Positions 9,504 to 18,546 of a stretch of 51,401 nucleotides of DNA are shown one piece after another. The position numbers and the translations under genes were made by a program. Position 1 is the first letter of the stretch. Each line of letters starts with the position of its first letter. The stretch is from Candidatus Binatia bacterium (GTDB lineage: Bacteria > Desulfobacterota > Binatia > UBA9968), in the NCBI GenBank assembly GCA_040877705.1, contig JBBDNJ010000332.1, positions 1 through 51,401 on the forward strand, given 5' to 3'. The notes below the pieces were generated by a model, which saw only the letters and a list, made by a program, of their open reading frames with translations, made no database searches and was not told the DNA's origin.

Positions 9504-10877
9504 TTATTTAGGACCGCGACAGGCGGCGACGAAACTTCGGGCAAACTCGGGATTCGATCCGAAATGCAAATGCACGTAACTGCCGAGGCACTTCTTATAG
9601 CGATAGCCCTCGCGTAGTTTTGTTTTACCCGGCCCTTCAATTAAATAAGCGGTTTCAATCGCCTTTGTGCCTTGGGAGCGGTATATCTCGGAATAGTGAA
9701 ACTCGTGGCCTCTGATCTTTGCTCCCTGTGCAACAAATGTTTTCTTTGCGGCCACGACTTCACGATAACCCAGGGCTTTTAACCGCGGCAGCATTCTCGT
9801 CTGAAATGGATAGACGCCGACCATCGGATATTGCCGCTTCCCGCAATCCGTCAACGCCTCGGTGAGATACATGAGGCCGCCGCACTCCGCGTAGACGGGA
9901 CCCCCTGTTTCGATGAAATCTTTGATCGCCGCGCGCATCGGCCGGTTGCGCGAGAGTTCCTTGGCGTAAAGCTCCGGATAACCGCCACCCAAGTAAATGC
10001 CTTTCACTCCCTCAGGAAGGCCGCGATCACGGATCGGACTGAAGTTTTTGATTTTCGCACCAGCGCTTCTCAGAAGCTCCAGGTTATCCGGATAATAAAA
10101 ACAAAACGCTCGATCGTTTGCGACCGCAATCGGCACGTCGTCATCCGGCAGTTTTTTCAGCGGAGCTTCGGCTGGCGCGGCAATTTTGGTTCGCGCGCTC
10201 GCAAGTAAACGATTCAACTCGACATGCGTTTCGATCAGCCGGGCAAGGCGCTCGACGAAGCGCTGGTTGAGCAAACCTTCCTTGGCGACGGTCAAGCCGA
10301 GATGGCGCTCCGGGATCGTTACGCGATCGTCAATCGGGATGCCGCCGAAACACTTGAGACCCGGCAATGATCGGAGAGCCTCTTTGAGATATTGGAGATG
10401 GCCTTGTCCAGCAACGCGGTTGAAGATGACTCCAATTAGACGAATTTTCGGATCGAATCGGCAATAACCCAGAATCATGGCGGCCGCGCTGCGGGCCATC
10501 GCCGCGGCGTCAACGACCAGAATTACCGGCAGGCCGAGCTGCTTTGCCATTTCCGCCGTGCTCCCTTCTTCGGTCGCACCGCTCCGGCCGTCGTAGAGTC
10601 CCATCATACCCTCGACGACGGCGACGTCTTTGTTTTGCACGTTTTTCTGAAAGGAGCGGCGATTGTAGTCTCCGGTCAACATCCAACTGTCAAGGTTGTA
10701 TGACGGCACCCGGCAAATTTTCGCGTGCAACCCGGGATCAATAAAATCCGGCCCGATCTTGAACGGCTGCACTTTCATACCGCGGTGCTGCAATGCCGCC
10801 ATGATACCGAGGGAGACGGTGGTCTTGCCGACACCGCTATGGGTGCCGGCGATGACGAATGTAGGTATAGATCGCAT
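9504..10877 (-). CDS. cbiA: cobyrinic acid a,c-diamide synthase
   Basis: N-terminal AGTHSGVGKTTVSLG, KIGPDFIDP, and a C-terminal glutamine amidotransferase part (ECGGLMYL, HEFHYS). Confidence 0.9.
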   Translation of the reverse strand: MRSIPTFVIAGTHSGVGKTTVSLGIMAALQHRGMKVQPFKIGPDFIDPGLHAKICRVPSYNLDSWMLTGDYNRRSFQKNVQNKDVAVVEGMMGLYDGRSGATEEGSTAEMAKQLGLPVILVVDAAAMARSAAAMILGYCRFDPKIRLIGVIFNRVAGQGHLQYLKEALRSLPGLKCFGGIPIDDRVTIPERHLGLTVAKEGLLNQRFVERLARLIETHVELNRLLASARTKIAAPAEAPLKKLPDDDVPIAVANDRAFCFYYPDNLELLRSAGAKIKNFSPIRDRGLPEGVKGIYLGGGYPELYAKELSRNRPMRAAIKDFIETGGPVYAECGGLMYLTEALTDCGKRQYPMVGVYPFQTRMLPRLKALGYREVVAAKKTFVAQGAKIRGHEFHYSEIYRSQGTKAIETAYLIEGPGKTKLREGYRYKKCLGSYVHLHFGSNPEFARSFVAACRGPK

Positions 10878-10905
10878 GACGGTTGTTGTCTCTGATCGAG
10901 CCTTT

Positions 10906-12471
10906 CTATTGTCCCGGCGGAGCGACGAGCCAACTCTTGATGAGATTCATGTCCAATGATTTCCTGAGATGGCACGCCAGGCGATCGATACGCGCTTCGC
11001 GTTCAGCGCCGACATGCGTCCACTTGTCCGCTGGAGAGAGATCGACTGCTTTGCGTGCGTCTTTAATAAATGAATGCCGGAAATCATCGTTGTCGAAAAA
11101 GCCATGCACGTAGGTGCCGAACACGCGGCCTGATTCACTGATGGCGCCGTCCTCAAACGATCCCTCCAGTCCCTGTCGCGCGATGTCGGCTAGAGGGAGT
11201 GCTCTGTTTTCATACAAAGTTTCACCCACATGGATCTCGTAACCGTCAAAATGAGTTTCCGGACAGAGATCCCGGCCGAAAAGACCGGAGCGGAGGCAAC
11301 CTTGAACGCGCCGCACGGTTTTTTCCGCAGCGAGTATGGTTCGCACCGGCAGAAGACCCAGTCCTGTTCGGCTCGCTCGCTTGCCTTGATTCTCGATGCC
11401 TTCGGGATCTTCAAGGGAAATGCCAAGCATCTGAAAGCCGCCGCAGATGCCGAGGATAGGAACGCCGCTTCCGCAGAGCCGGCGAAGCTCACCGGCAAAA
11501 CCTCGATGCTCGAGCCACTGCAGATCGTCGAGCGTCTGCTTGCTGCCGGGCAAGATGAGTAAATCGGCCGCGGCCATTTCTTCGGGTCTCTCCAAATAAA
11601 CTAACGACACCGCGGGCTCCGGAGCCAACGGGTCGAAGTCGGTAAAATTGGCCATGTGCGGCAAAGCGATGACGCCAACTCGTAACGGTCGCGACGTTTC
11701 CGTTTCCAGCTGTTTCCACTGACGCGCCGCTGAAGGACGATCTTCCAAAGCCACGCCATCTTCTTCGTCGAGGCCGAGATCCCGAAGATAGGGCACGACG
11801 CCAGCGCACGGCAAACCAAGGCGGCGCTCGATCATCGCGACGCCTGGACGCAACAGCGATTCGTCGCCGCGAAACTTATTGATGACGAAGCCGTGAATGC
11901 GCGCACGATCTTCAGGTTCAAGCAGCTCGAGGGTGCCCAACAGCGCGGCGAAAACTCCGCCGCGGTCGATGTCACCGACCAGCAGGCAGGCGGCATCGGC
12001 CGCGTGCGCCATGCGCATGTTGACGATGTCGTGTTCCCTGAGATTGATCTCAGCCGGCGAGCCGGCGCCTTCGAGCAGCATGACATCATGACGCGCCGAC
12101 AGACGTTTATACGCGTCCAGCACCTCTGGGAAAAGCTGCTCGACTCGCTTAGTATGATAGTCGGACGCGGTGACTTGGCCCCAAATCTTTCCCAATAAGA
12201 CTACCTGTGCGCCGGTGTCCGTGCATGGTTTGAGCAGAACAGGATTCATTTCGACGCATGCTGGGACGCGGCAGGCTTCGGCTTGCAGCGCCTGGGCACG
12301 GCCGATCTCGCCGCCGTCCGGCGTCGCCGCGGAATTAAGCGACATATTCTGCGCCTTGAAAGGCGCGACGCGATAACCATCGTCGGCGAAGATGCGCCCT
12401 AAGCCCGCCGTGAGAATCGATTTCCCCACGTGCGAAGCCGTCCCCAAAATCATCAACGCACTTTTTCTCAT
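10906..12471 (-). CDS. cobQ: cobyric acid synthase
   Basis: GTASHVGKS..., FKAQNMSLNS, IGRAQALQAEA, and a C-terminal GATase (ICGGFQMLG, YEIHVG). Confidence 0.9.
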   Translation of the reverse strand: MRKSALMILGTASHVGKSILTAGLGRIFADDGYRVAPFKAQNMSLNSAATPDGGEIGRAQALQAEACRVPACVEMNPVLLKPCTDTGAQVVLLGKIWGQVTASDYHTKRVEQLFPEVLDAYKRLSARHDVMLLEGAGSPAEINLREHDIVNMRMAHAADAACLLVGDIDRGGVFAALLGTLELLEPEDRARIHGFVINKFRGDESLLRPGVAMIERRLGLPCAGVVPYLRDLGLDEEDGVALEDRPSAARQWKQLETETSRPLRVGVIALPHMANFTDFDPLAPEPAVSLVYLERPEEMAAADLLILPGSKQTLDDLQWLEHRGFAGELRRLCGSGVPILGICGGFQMLGISLEDPEGIENQGKRASRTGLGLLPVRTILAAEKTVRRVQGCLRSGLFGRDLCPETHFDGYEIHVGETLYENRALPLADIARQGLEGSFEDGAISESGRVFGTYVHGFFDNDDFRHSFIKDARKAVDLSPADKWTHVGAEREARIDRLACHLRKSLDMNLIKSWLVAPPGQ

Positions 12472-12498
12472 CAGGTCTTCCAGTTCGGCATCGATGCG

Positions 12499-13074
12499 TT
12501 ACCACGCCCTGGACCACCGCGGACCCGCAGTGTCAGGGGTGCGAAGTGAAGAATCGATGCCATGGCGCGTCTCCAGCAATCGACCCAAGAGCCACAACAA
12601 ATCAGACAGACGGTTCAGATACGCCAGAATCGCGGGGTTGATGATCTGACCTTCATCCATGAGGCCTGCGGTTAGTCGTTCAGCGCGGCGGCATACGGTG
12701 CGCGCGACATCGAGGGCCGCGGCATCCGGAAGCTCCCCAGGCAACGACCAATCGGCGAGAACTCCAGGCAGGCTCTCGATCCGGTGTACTTCCGCCTCTA
12801 AGGCATCCACCATGTCTGACGTGATTTCTGGACCCGGCTTCCTGCTATGGGGTGGTGTCCCGATGGCAGACCCTACCTTATAGAGCTCACGTTGCAGGGT
12901 TTTGATTTGCTCCCGTACTTCCGCGTCCGTGCAAACGGAGCGGGCGAAGCCCATTTGCGAAATCAACTCGTCGATAGTGCCGTAACACTCGACGCGTGGA
13001 TGAGTTTTAGAGACGCGGAGTCCTCCAGGCAGGCTTGTCTTACCATTATCACCGCGTTTTGTACTTATACTCAT
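12499..13074 (-). CDS. pduO: ATP:cob(I)alamin adenosyltransferase, PduO type
   Basis: TKRGDNGKTSL...VECYGTIDEL... is the canonical PduO-type N-terminus; 191 aa. Confidence 0.85.
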   Translation of the reverse strand: MSISTKRGDNGKTSLPGGLRVSKTHPRVECYGTIDELISQMGFARSVCTDAEVREQIKTLQRELYKVGSAIGTPPHSRKPGPEITSDMVDALEAEVHRIESLPGVLADWSLPGELPDAAALDVARTVCRRAERLTAGLMDEGQIINPAILAYLNRLSDLLWLLGRLLETRHGIDSSLRTPDTAGPRWSRAW

Positions 13075-13145
13075 GTGCCTTCTCCTAGCGATTTTGTCAG
13101 CGCGGCGGAATACCGGAAAACAACTTCAGCGGCGCCTGCACTTTT

Positions 13146-14036
13146 TCATCGCAGTTTCTTACTGAATGAAAGATCCGGATCCATGCGCTCGCTGGGGCGC
13201 AAGCCCTCCACCGGTTCATCACCTGCCACGTGCGCCAGTATGGCGTGCAGTTGAAGCACGCCTTCCGTCAACGCGGCGGGACCCGGCTGCAAAATATAAG
13301 TGGACTTCACTTCATAGATGTGACCGTTGCGCACGGCGGGGATCGTCTCCCAGCCCGCACGCGCGCGAATCAACGCTTTGTTTACTTTTCTGCCGCACCA
13401 GGAAGCGATGATGACATCCGGCTCCGCCGTCGCCACCTCGCGCGGATCGACGATGCGCCGCGCGGCGTCGTGCTCGTACCGCAATTGCGGGAAGATGGGC
13501 TCGCCTCCGGCTATCTCGATAAGTTCTTCCACCCAGCGGATGCCGGCGATGAGCGGCTCCATCCACTCTTCGAAAAACACGCGCGGACGGCGCGGACAAC
13601 GGCGCGCCGATTCGGCGACCCGCTCCAATCCGTTTCGCAGCTGTTGCGTGAGATCCAGGCCCGCCTTTTCCGCACCGACGATGCGCGCGAGAGTGAGAAT
13701 CATTTGAAAAATCTCTGGCACTGACCGCTGATTGAACACCAGCGTGTTGACGCCGGCACGGATCAGATCGCGCGCGATATCGGCCTGCAGGTTTGAAAAG
13801 CCGATGACGAGGTCGGGTTTGAGATCAAGGATCTTGTCGATCTTGGCGGAGGTGAAAGCCGAAACCCGCGGCTTATTGCGCACCTCCTTCGGCCGGCAGG
13901 CGAACCCCGAGACCCCCACCACCCGATCCTCTTCACCCAGGAGATATAGCACCTCTACGGTTTCATCGGTCAAACAGATAATCCGCTTTGGCGGCGCGGC
14001 GAGTTCGGAAGTCTGTGGAAGTGTGTTGTCGTTCAT
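13146..14036 (-). CDS. BtuF-like class III substrate-binding protein without a recognisable signal peptide
   Basis: RIICLTDETVEVLYLLG...VVGVSGF...KPDLVIGF... is the periplasmic-binding-protein fold of the cobalamin/siderophore type. The N-terminus MNDNTLPQTSELAAPPK is hydrophilic. Confidence 0.75.
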   Translation of the reverse strand: MNDNTLPQTSELAAPPKRIICLTDETVEVLYLLGEEDRVVGVSGFACRPKEVRNKPRVSAFTSAKIDKILDLKPDLVIGFSNLQADIARDLIRAGVNTLVFNQRSVPEIFQMILTLARIVGAEKAGLDLTQQLRNGLERVAESARRCPRRPRVFFEEWMEPLIAGIRWVEELIEIAGGEPIFPQLRYEHDAARRIVDPREVATAEPDVIIASWCGRKVNKALIRARAGWETIPAVRNGHIYEVKSTYILQPGPAALTEGVLQLHAILAHVAGDEPVEGLRPSERMDPDLSFSKKLR

Positions 14037-14080
14037 CGCTTTATCCTTGCGCTACCTTGCCCAGCGCCATCAACGGTCGC

Positions 14081-14380
14081 TCAGGGCGCGGCAAGATACA
14101 GCCACTTTATCCAATCTCCGTTTTTTACGAGATATCGTTCCGCAGCAACATTGGAGCGATAGCCGTTGACCTCGAAGTGCCAGCCACGGTCGCTCGCAAA
14201 GTCATTTCTGAGTCCGTCTATCTCCTCGACAAAATGATCCATGCCGAACTTATGCGAGGTGACCACAGGAACGGTGAGACTTAGGGCTTCAAATACGGTG
14301 TTTTTGTCCGTGACCACAAGCGTTTTCTCAATTGTTGGCTTGCCCGCTGATCCAAAATCGACTGTGACTGTTACTTCCAT
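14081..14380 (-). CDS. DUF4430-domain protein (transcobalamin beta-domain-like, likely corrinoid binding)
   Basis: 99 aa. ...GWHFEVNGYRSNVAAERYLVKNGDWIKWLY matches the DUF4430 C-terminal pattern (W.y.VNG....ga..y.l.dGD.i.w.Y). B12 gene context. Confidence 0.65.
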   Translation of the reverse strand: MEVTVTVDFGSAGKPTIEKTLVVTDKNTVFEALSLTVPVVTSHKFGMDHFVEEIDGLRNDFASDRGWHFEVNGYRSNVAAERYLVKNGDWIKWLYLAAP

Positions 14381-14487
14381 CGTTTTCTCAATGTCTGAAG
14401 GCGACGAACAATAGCGCTTAGGGCTGATTGATTTAACATAATCATCAGGCTCTAGACTTATGCTTTCATGTTTATCCTGAACGAACG

Positions 14488-16386
14488 CTATTTACTTCCA
14501 AAAGTCGCACGGATACCGAGTAGGAAATTTAGCGGTCGTGCGCGAAAGCCGTCCGCTTCCTCATATTTCTTATTGAATAAATTTTCGATCTTGCCAAATA
14601 ACGCTACGTTCTTTACTCCCGGTGTTTGCCACGGCAGCGTATAGGAAGAGGCAAGATCAACCCTAACGTAAGCCGGATCTTTGATGTTGGCGCCAGTTTG
14701 AACGTCGAAGTCGTCTCTTCTGCCAACGATGTTGGCGTTGAGATTGGCGTGAAAAGCTTCTTGCCGGTAGTTGAGTTGAACATTGCCGCGATGCCGAGGG
14801 CGGCGCGCTAGGACGCCTGTGGAAGTCTCGCTTTCCAGAAAAGTGTAACCGGCTCGTAGGGTAAAGCCGCGGCTTAGATCCAGGTCGCCAAAGACCTCGA
14901 TACCATCGAGTATGACTTTGCCGATATTTATTGGCTGAAAAGTAGGAGGGGTGAATTCTATGAGATCTTTCACTTCCCGGTGAAAATAGGTGAGTCCGAC
15001 AAGCAGTCTCTGCATGAACTTTTGTTCGACGCCGGCGTTGATCTCCCAACTTGTCTCCGGTCCGAGATTGGGGTTGCTAAAACCCGGGAAGAAAAGTTCA
15101 TTCAACATCGGTGCTCTAAATCCTTCAGCGTAACTTACCTTGAATTTGGTTCCAGTCTCCGGGATCGAATAGGCGCCGGAAGCCGAAGGGCTCCATTCGG
15201 TGCCGAAAACTTTATTGTCATCTAGTCGTACTCCGCCGACGAGAACCAGCCGGTCGCCGAAGAACCGTAATTGTTCCTGAAGGTAAGAGGCCATGCTGTC
15301 CTGTTCTTTAGTAAAACTGTCCGTACGCGCTTGCCTGGTTTTGTATTCCAGGCCGAACGTGGTCGTGCTCCACTCTTGCCAGCGATAGTTGGTTTGAAAC
15401 TCTCCGGTCCAGATCTTCGGGCGAAAGCGGTTCCGGGTTCTAAAATCACAGAAGAACAAGTTCGGTCCAGCACAAAGATTGGATGGGTCCGGGTCGGGGT
15501 CGTCACTGAACTTCTCGTGTTCCTTGAAGAGCGAGCCTGCAAGCCGATATTCCCAGGCTTGAGTTAACTTCTGCTGCCATTCGAGCTTGGCCAGGTAGTC
15601 GGTGACGTTATCACGGGCATTGGGATCAGGCACGGGCACCGGGAAAAAATTATTACTGTTGAATAAACCCACTTCCGTTTTTCGGAAGTGAAAAATTCCT
15701 CGTAGCAAAGTATTGTCCGTCGGCCGGAAGTCCAGGCGGCTCGATGTCGCCAGGTTCCGATAGTCATCGTTGACGCTACGAAAGCCGTCGGTTTCGAAGC
15801 GGGACAAAGAAAAGGAGTATCCCAGCTTTTCTATTCCCCCATTCAAAGAAAAGACTTGGCGATGGGTGTAGCCGTTGCCGCCTTCCACCGAGAGAGTACC
15901 CTCGGGTTTTCCCTTTCCGGCTTTTGTGATGATCTGGATCACTCCCCCGATGGCTTGAGATCCGTAGAGCGTGCCTCCGGAACCGCGGAGAATTTCAATG
16001 CGCTCGACATTTTCCGTCGTGAGATGAGCGAAGTTAAACGCTCCGGTGGTTGTGCTGTTGGCCTCTATACCGTCGATCAGGACGAGCACGTGATCCGATT
16101 CGGAGCCGCGAATGAATACCGAAGTCGTATTGCCCCGTGAGCCCGATTGAACGACGTCCACACTTGGCACTTCACGCAGTAGTTCCAGAACCGTTTCTGC
16201 TTGCCGGTTTTTGATGTCTTCCGCGGTGATGACGGTTAGGGAAGTCGTCAATTGCTCGGGTGAAATTTCCGTCCGTGTCGCCGTCACGACAACACCGGGC
16301 AGAGTAGGTTCCGCCGAGCTCTGGGCGAGGCCAAGTTCTGGCAGAACAAAAAGGATACCGATCAATGAGAGAATAAACCTATACAT
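14488..16386 (-). CDS. btuB: TonB-dependent outer-membrane receptor, vitamin B12 type
   Basis: Signal peptide, TonB box region (PGVVVTATR), plug (SVDVVQSGSRGNTTSVFIRGSESDHVLVLIDG), long beta-barrel. Preceded by a cobalamin riboswitch. Confidence 0.9.
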   Translation of the reverse strand: MYRFILSLIGILFVLPELGLAQSSAEPTLPGVVVTATRTEISPEQLTTSLTVITAEDIKNRQAETVLELLREVPSVDVVQSGSRGNTTSVFIRGSESDHVLVLIDGIEANSTTTGAFNFAHLTTENVERIEILRGSGGTLYGSQAIGGVIQIITKAGKGKPEGTLSVEGGNGYTHRQVFSLNGGIEKLGYSFSLSRFETDGFRSVNDDYRNLATSSRLDFRPTDNTLLRGIFHFRKTEVGLFNSNNFFPVPVPDPNARDNVTDYLAKLEWQQKLTQAWEYRLAGSLFKEHEKFSDDPDPDPSNLCAGPNLFFCDFRTRNRFRPKIWTGEFQTNYRWQEWSTTTFGLEYKTRQARTDSFTKEQDSMASYLQEQLRFFGDRLVLVGGVRLDDNKVFGTEWSPSASGAYSIPETGTKFKVSYAEGFRAPMLNELFFPGFSNPNLGPETSWEINAGVEQKFMQRLLVGLTYFHREVKDLIEFTPPTFQPINIGKVILDGIEVFGDLDLSRGFTLRAGYTFLESETSTGVLARRPRHRGNVQLNYRQEAFHANLNANIVGRRDDFDVQTGANIKDPAYVRVDLASSYTLPWQTPGVKNVALFGKIENLFNKKYEEADGFRARPLNFLLGIRATFGSK

Positions 16387-16419
16387 ATAAATCTCCTTTT
16401 CCCGCGAAAGGGGAGTTGT

Positions 16420-16600
16420 TGGGGCAGAACGGATCGGTCTCCTGGCTTGAGCTTCAAACCTACTTGCCGCGCCTTCCCATCCTTGGACACGGTTCAGGAC
16501 AGTGGCTAGTGCGTGCGGCGTTCGTAGCTCTTACAGTTGCGGGGCAGCAGAGGATTTTTCACCTCTTTCCCGTAATCCGACTGCGGTTAATCGATTATTT
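16420..16600 (-). promoter_or_regulatory. cobalamin riboswitch (upstream of btuB)
   Basis: Minus strand reads ...GGGAAAGAGGTGAAAAATCCTCTGCTGCCCCGCAACTGTAAG...GCCACTGTCC...GGGAAGGCG...AAGCCAGGAGACC. B12 box is at 16436-16448 and GCCACTG at about 16499-16505. Boundaries approximate. Confidence 0.85.
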
Positions 16601-16621
16601 TTATTGCCCTCCTTAAGCCGA

Positions 16622-17449
16622 CTAGTTTTTAGCGTCGACCAGCCTGAACACTATGGGGATCTGGACTGTGCTGGGGATCTGGCGATCGCCAGCGTGAGCT
16701 GGATGAAAGCGCCACTTTTTCACACTTTCCCTTGCTGCTTGATCCAGTATGACAAAGCCGGAACTACGATTGATGTCAACATTGTCAGGCGTTCCGTAAG
16801 AATCGATCCTGACTTGCAGCAGCACGGTTCCTTCCCACCCCTCTCTCTTTGCTCGTTCGGGGTATTCGGGTGCGGGATTGTATGCGTACCGCGCTTTAGA
16901 GGGGGCTTCACTCGCTGAGGATGCGCCGGTGTCCGATGCCGGCACGGTGGCTTTACTAGCAGGAGAAACGCTACTCGACGTAGTGGGTGCAGTTAAGGGT
17001 GCCGTCAATATTCTTAAAAGACCATCGGTAGGTTTTGGCGCGCTCGGGACTGGTTCGATAGCAGTCTCAACCGGGGGGGCCGGTGCAGTGGGTGATGGGA
17101 CAGCTTCATCGGCTTGTCGAATATCGCTATCTTTACGGGGTGTGGTTTGGCTGGCCGGCCGCTGATTAGAATCGGTTGGATTGAATGGATGCTTGGTATT
17201 ATCAAATTTAGGGGTCCGTTCTCGACGGGTCGGCTTTAGAATTTTCGAAGCCGGCGTTGTTCTGGTCGGTTTGATCGCCGGGCGATGAGCTATCGGTTCA
17301 GTTTCAATGACGGTCCTAATTTCATCACTTGCGAGCTGAAGCGTGACCGGCCGGACCTCTTCTTCCGCGTCGAACGAGGAGCGGATCGGCAACGCAATGA
17401 GCGCCCCGTGCAACGCCAGGGAGGCAATGAAAAACGAGAACAGATTCAT
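16622..17449 (-). CDS. tonB: TonB-family energy transducer
   Basis: N-terminal TM helix (LFSFFIASLALHGALIAL), Pro-rich spacer, C-terminal TonB domain (YPERAKREGWEGTVLLQVRIDSYG...). ATG at 17449 is preceded by GGGAG; the tracked start at 17464 is TTG. Confidence 0.8.
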   Translation of the reverse strand: MNLFSFFIASLALHGALIALPIRSSFDAEEEVRPVTLQLASDEIRTVIETEPIAHRPAIKPTRTTPASKILKPTRRERTPKFDNTKHPFNPTDSNQRPASQTTPRKDSDIRQADEAVPSPTAPAPPVETAIEPVPSAPKPTDGLLRILTAPLTAPTTSSSVSPASKATVPASDTGASSASEAPSKARYAYNPAPEYPERAKREGWEGTVLLQVRIDSYGTPDNVDINRSSGFVILDQAARESVKKWRFHPAHAGDRQIPSTVQIPIVFRLVDAKN

Positions 17450-17524
17450 CCGCTCTGCTCCCAAGCTACATGAGAATTAGGAATCGACGACACTGGAAAC
17501 CTTTCTCTCTCCTCCGGAGAGGTC

Positions 17525-17730
17525 GGTCTATGGCTCTAAGGAGGTCTCCTGGCTTACGAGTAGGGAGGCTTTCCTCCTGCCTTTCACCGCCTTCCCATCG
17601 GCCTGAGGCTGACAGTGGCTGACTAGTGAAAGATCTTACCCGATCACAGTGGCGGGACCGCGCCGGATTTGCACCGGTCTTCCCTTTGACCTTAGAGCAC
17701 CGAAGAGCACCGAGCTGATGTCGCGGAACG
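17525..17730 (-). promoter_or_regulatory. cobalamin riboswitch (upstream of tonB)
   Basis: Minus strand reads AAGGGAAGACCGGTGCAAATCCGGCGCGGTCCCGCCACTGTGA...GCCACTGTCAG...GGGAAGGCGGTGAAAGG...AAGCCAGGAGACC. B12 box at 17543-17555. Boundaries approximate. Confidence 0.85.
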
Positions 17731-17755
17731 TACAACGGGGGAAAAAACTTGTCAA
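17727..17755 (-). promoter_or_regulatory. candidate sigma70-type promoter for the riboswitch-tonB transcript
   Basis: Minus strand TTGACA (17750-17755), 17-nt spacer, TACGTT (17727-17732), just 5' of the riboswitch. The -10 is weak. Confidence 0.3.
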
Positions 17756-17940
17756 GCAAACCTTCCATCGTACACCGAAAATGAGGAAGCTTAGCAAGAA
17801 AAACCGCTGGACTGCGGTATAATTACGTATCCCTGGACTAGATAGCATCAAAATTCTTCGCCAAAACGTTGGGAGTTCCTCGGTGATCTTGTCGCGGGCT
17901 CCACTTCTGAGGTAAACAGGATGTTCAACAAGAGCTGACC

Positions 17941-18201
17941 ATGAAAAAGCAAAAGGCAAGTATCGAACGAGTCGAGCGACAATCGGCCGCATTTGTTGCC
18001 GAGCAGGTTGCGAAACTGAAAGAGTCTTTCCCGGAAGCTGTTATAGAGGGCAAGGTCGATTACGAGAAGCTGCGCGCGACCTTGGGCGATGAAGTCGACG
18101 ACCGGCCGGAGCGATACTCGTTTAATTGGGCCGGAAAACGCGACGCGATCCGGCTTCTTCAGACCCCTAGCCGAGCGACGTTGGTTCCAGCAGCATCATA
18201 G
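17941..18201 (+). pseudogene. N-terminal fragment of a type III-like DNA methyltransferase (Mod)
   Basis: 86 aa. ...LKESFPEAVIEGKVDYEKLRATLGDEVDDRPERYSFNWAGKRDAIRLLQTPSRATLVP resembles Mod N-termini. It stops before any catalytic DPPY / AdoMet motif. Confidence 0.6.
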
Positions 18202-18249
18202 TATCGGTCAAAGACGATCGAATTATATTGACCAGGCAGAGAACGTCAG

Positions 18250-18546
18250 ATGAGCCGCATTGCTATTGATCAAGAAGAGATCGCCGGGTTTTGCCGGAAG
18301 CACCATATCAGCAAGCTCGCCTTCTTTGGCTCGGTCCTTCGAGATGATTTTCGCCCCGACAGCGATGTGGATGTACTCGTTGAGTTTGAACCGGGGCACG
18401 TGCCTGGATTGACATTCTTCGCTATGGAAGCGGAGCTTTCAGAAATCTTGGGCCGCAAGGTGGATCTGAATACCCCAAACTTCCTGAGTCGTTACTTTCG
18501 CGATCAAGTCGTGGCCGAGGCCGAGGTTCAATATGTCTCGCCGTGA
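18250..18546 (+). CDS. mntA: MNT-type nucleotidyltransferase (antitoxin of HepT/MNT systems)
   Basis: [21 protein letters not shown] is the GS-x-D-x-D minimal nucleotidyltransferase motif; 98 aa. Confidence 0.8.
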   Translation: MSRIAIDQEEIAGFCRKHHISKLAFFGSVLRDDFRPDSDVDVLVEFEPGHVPGLTFFAMEAELSEILGRKVDLNTPNFLSRYFRDQVVAEAEVQYVSP

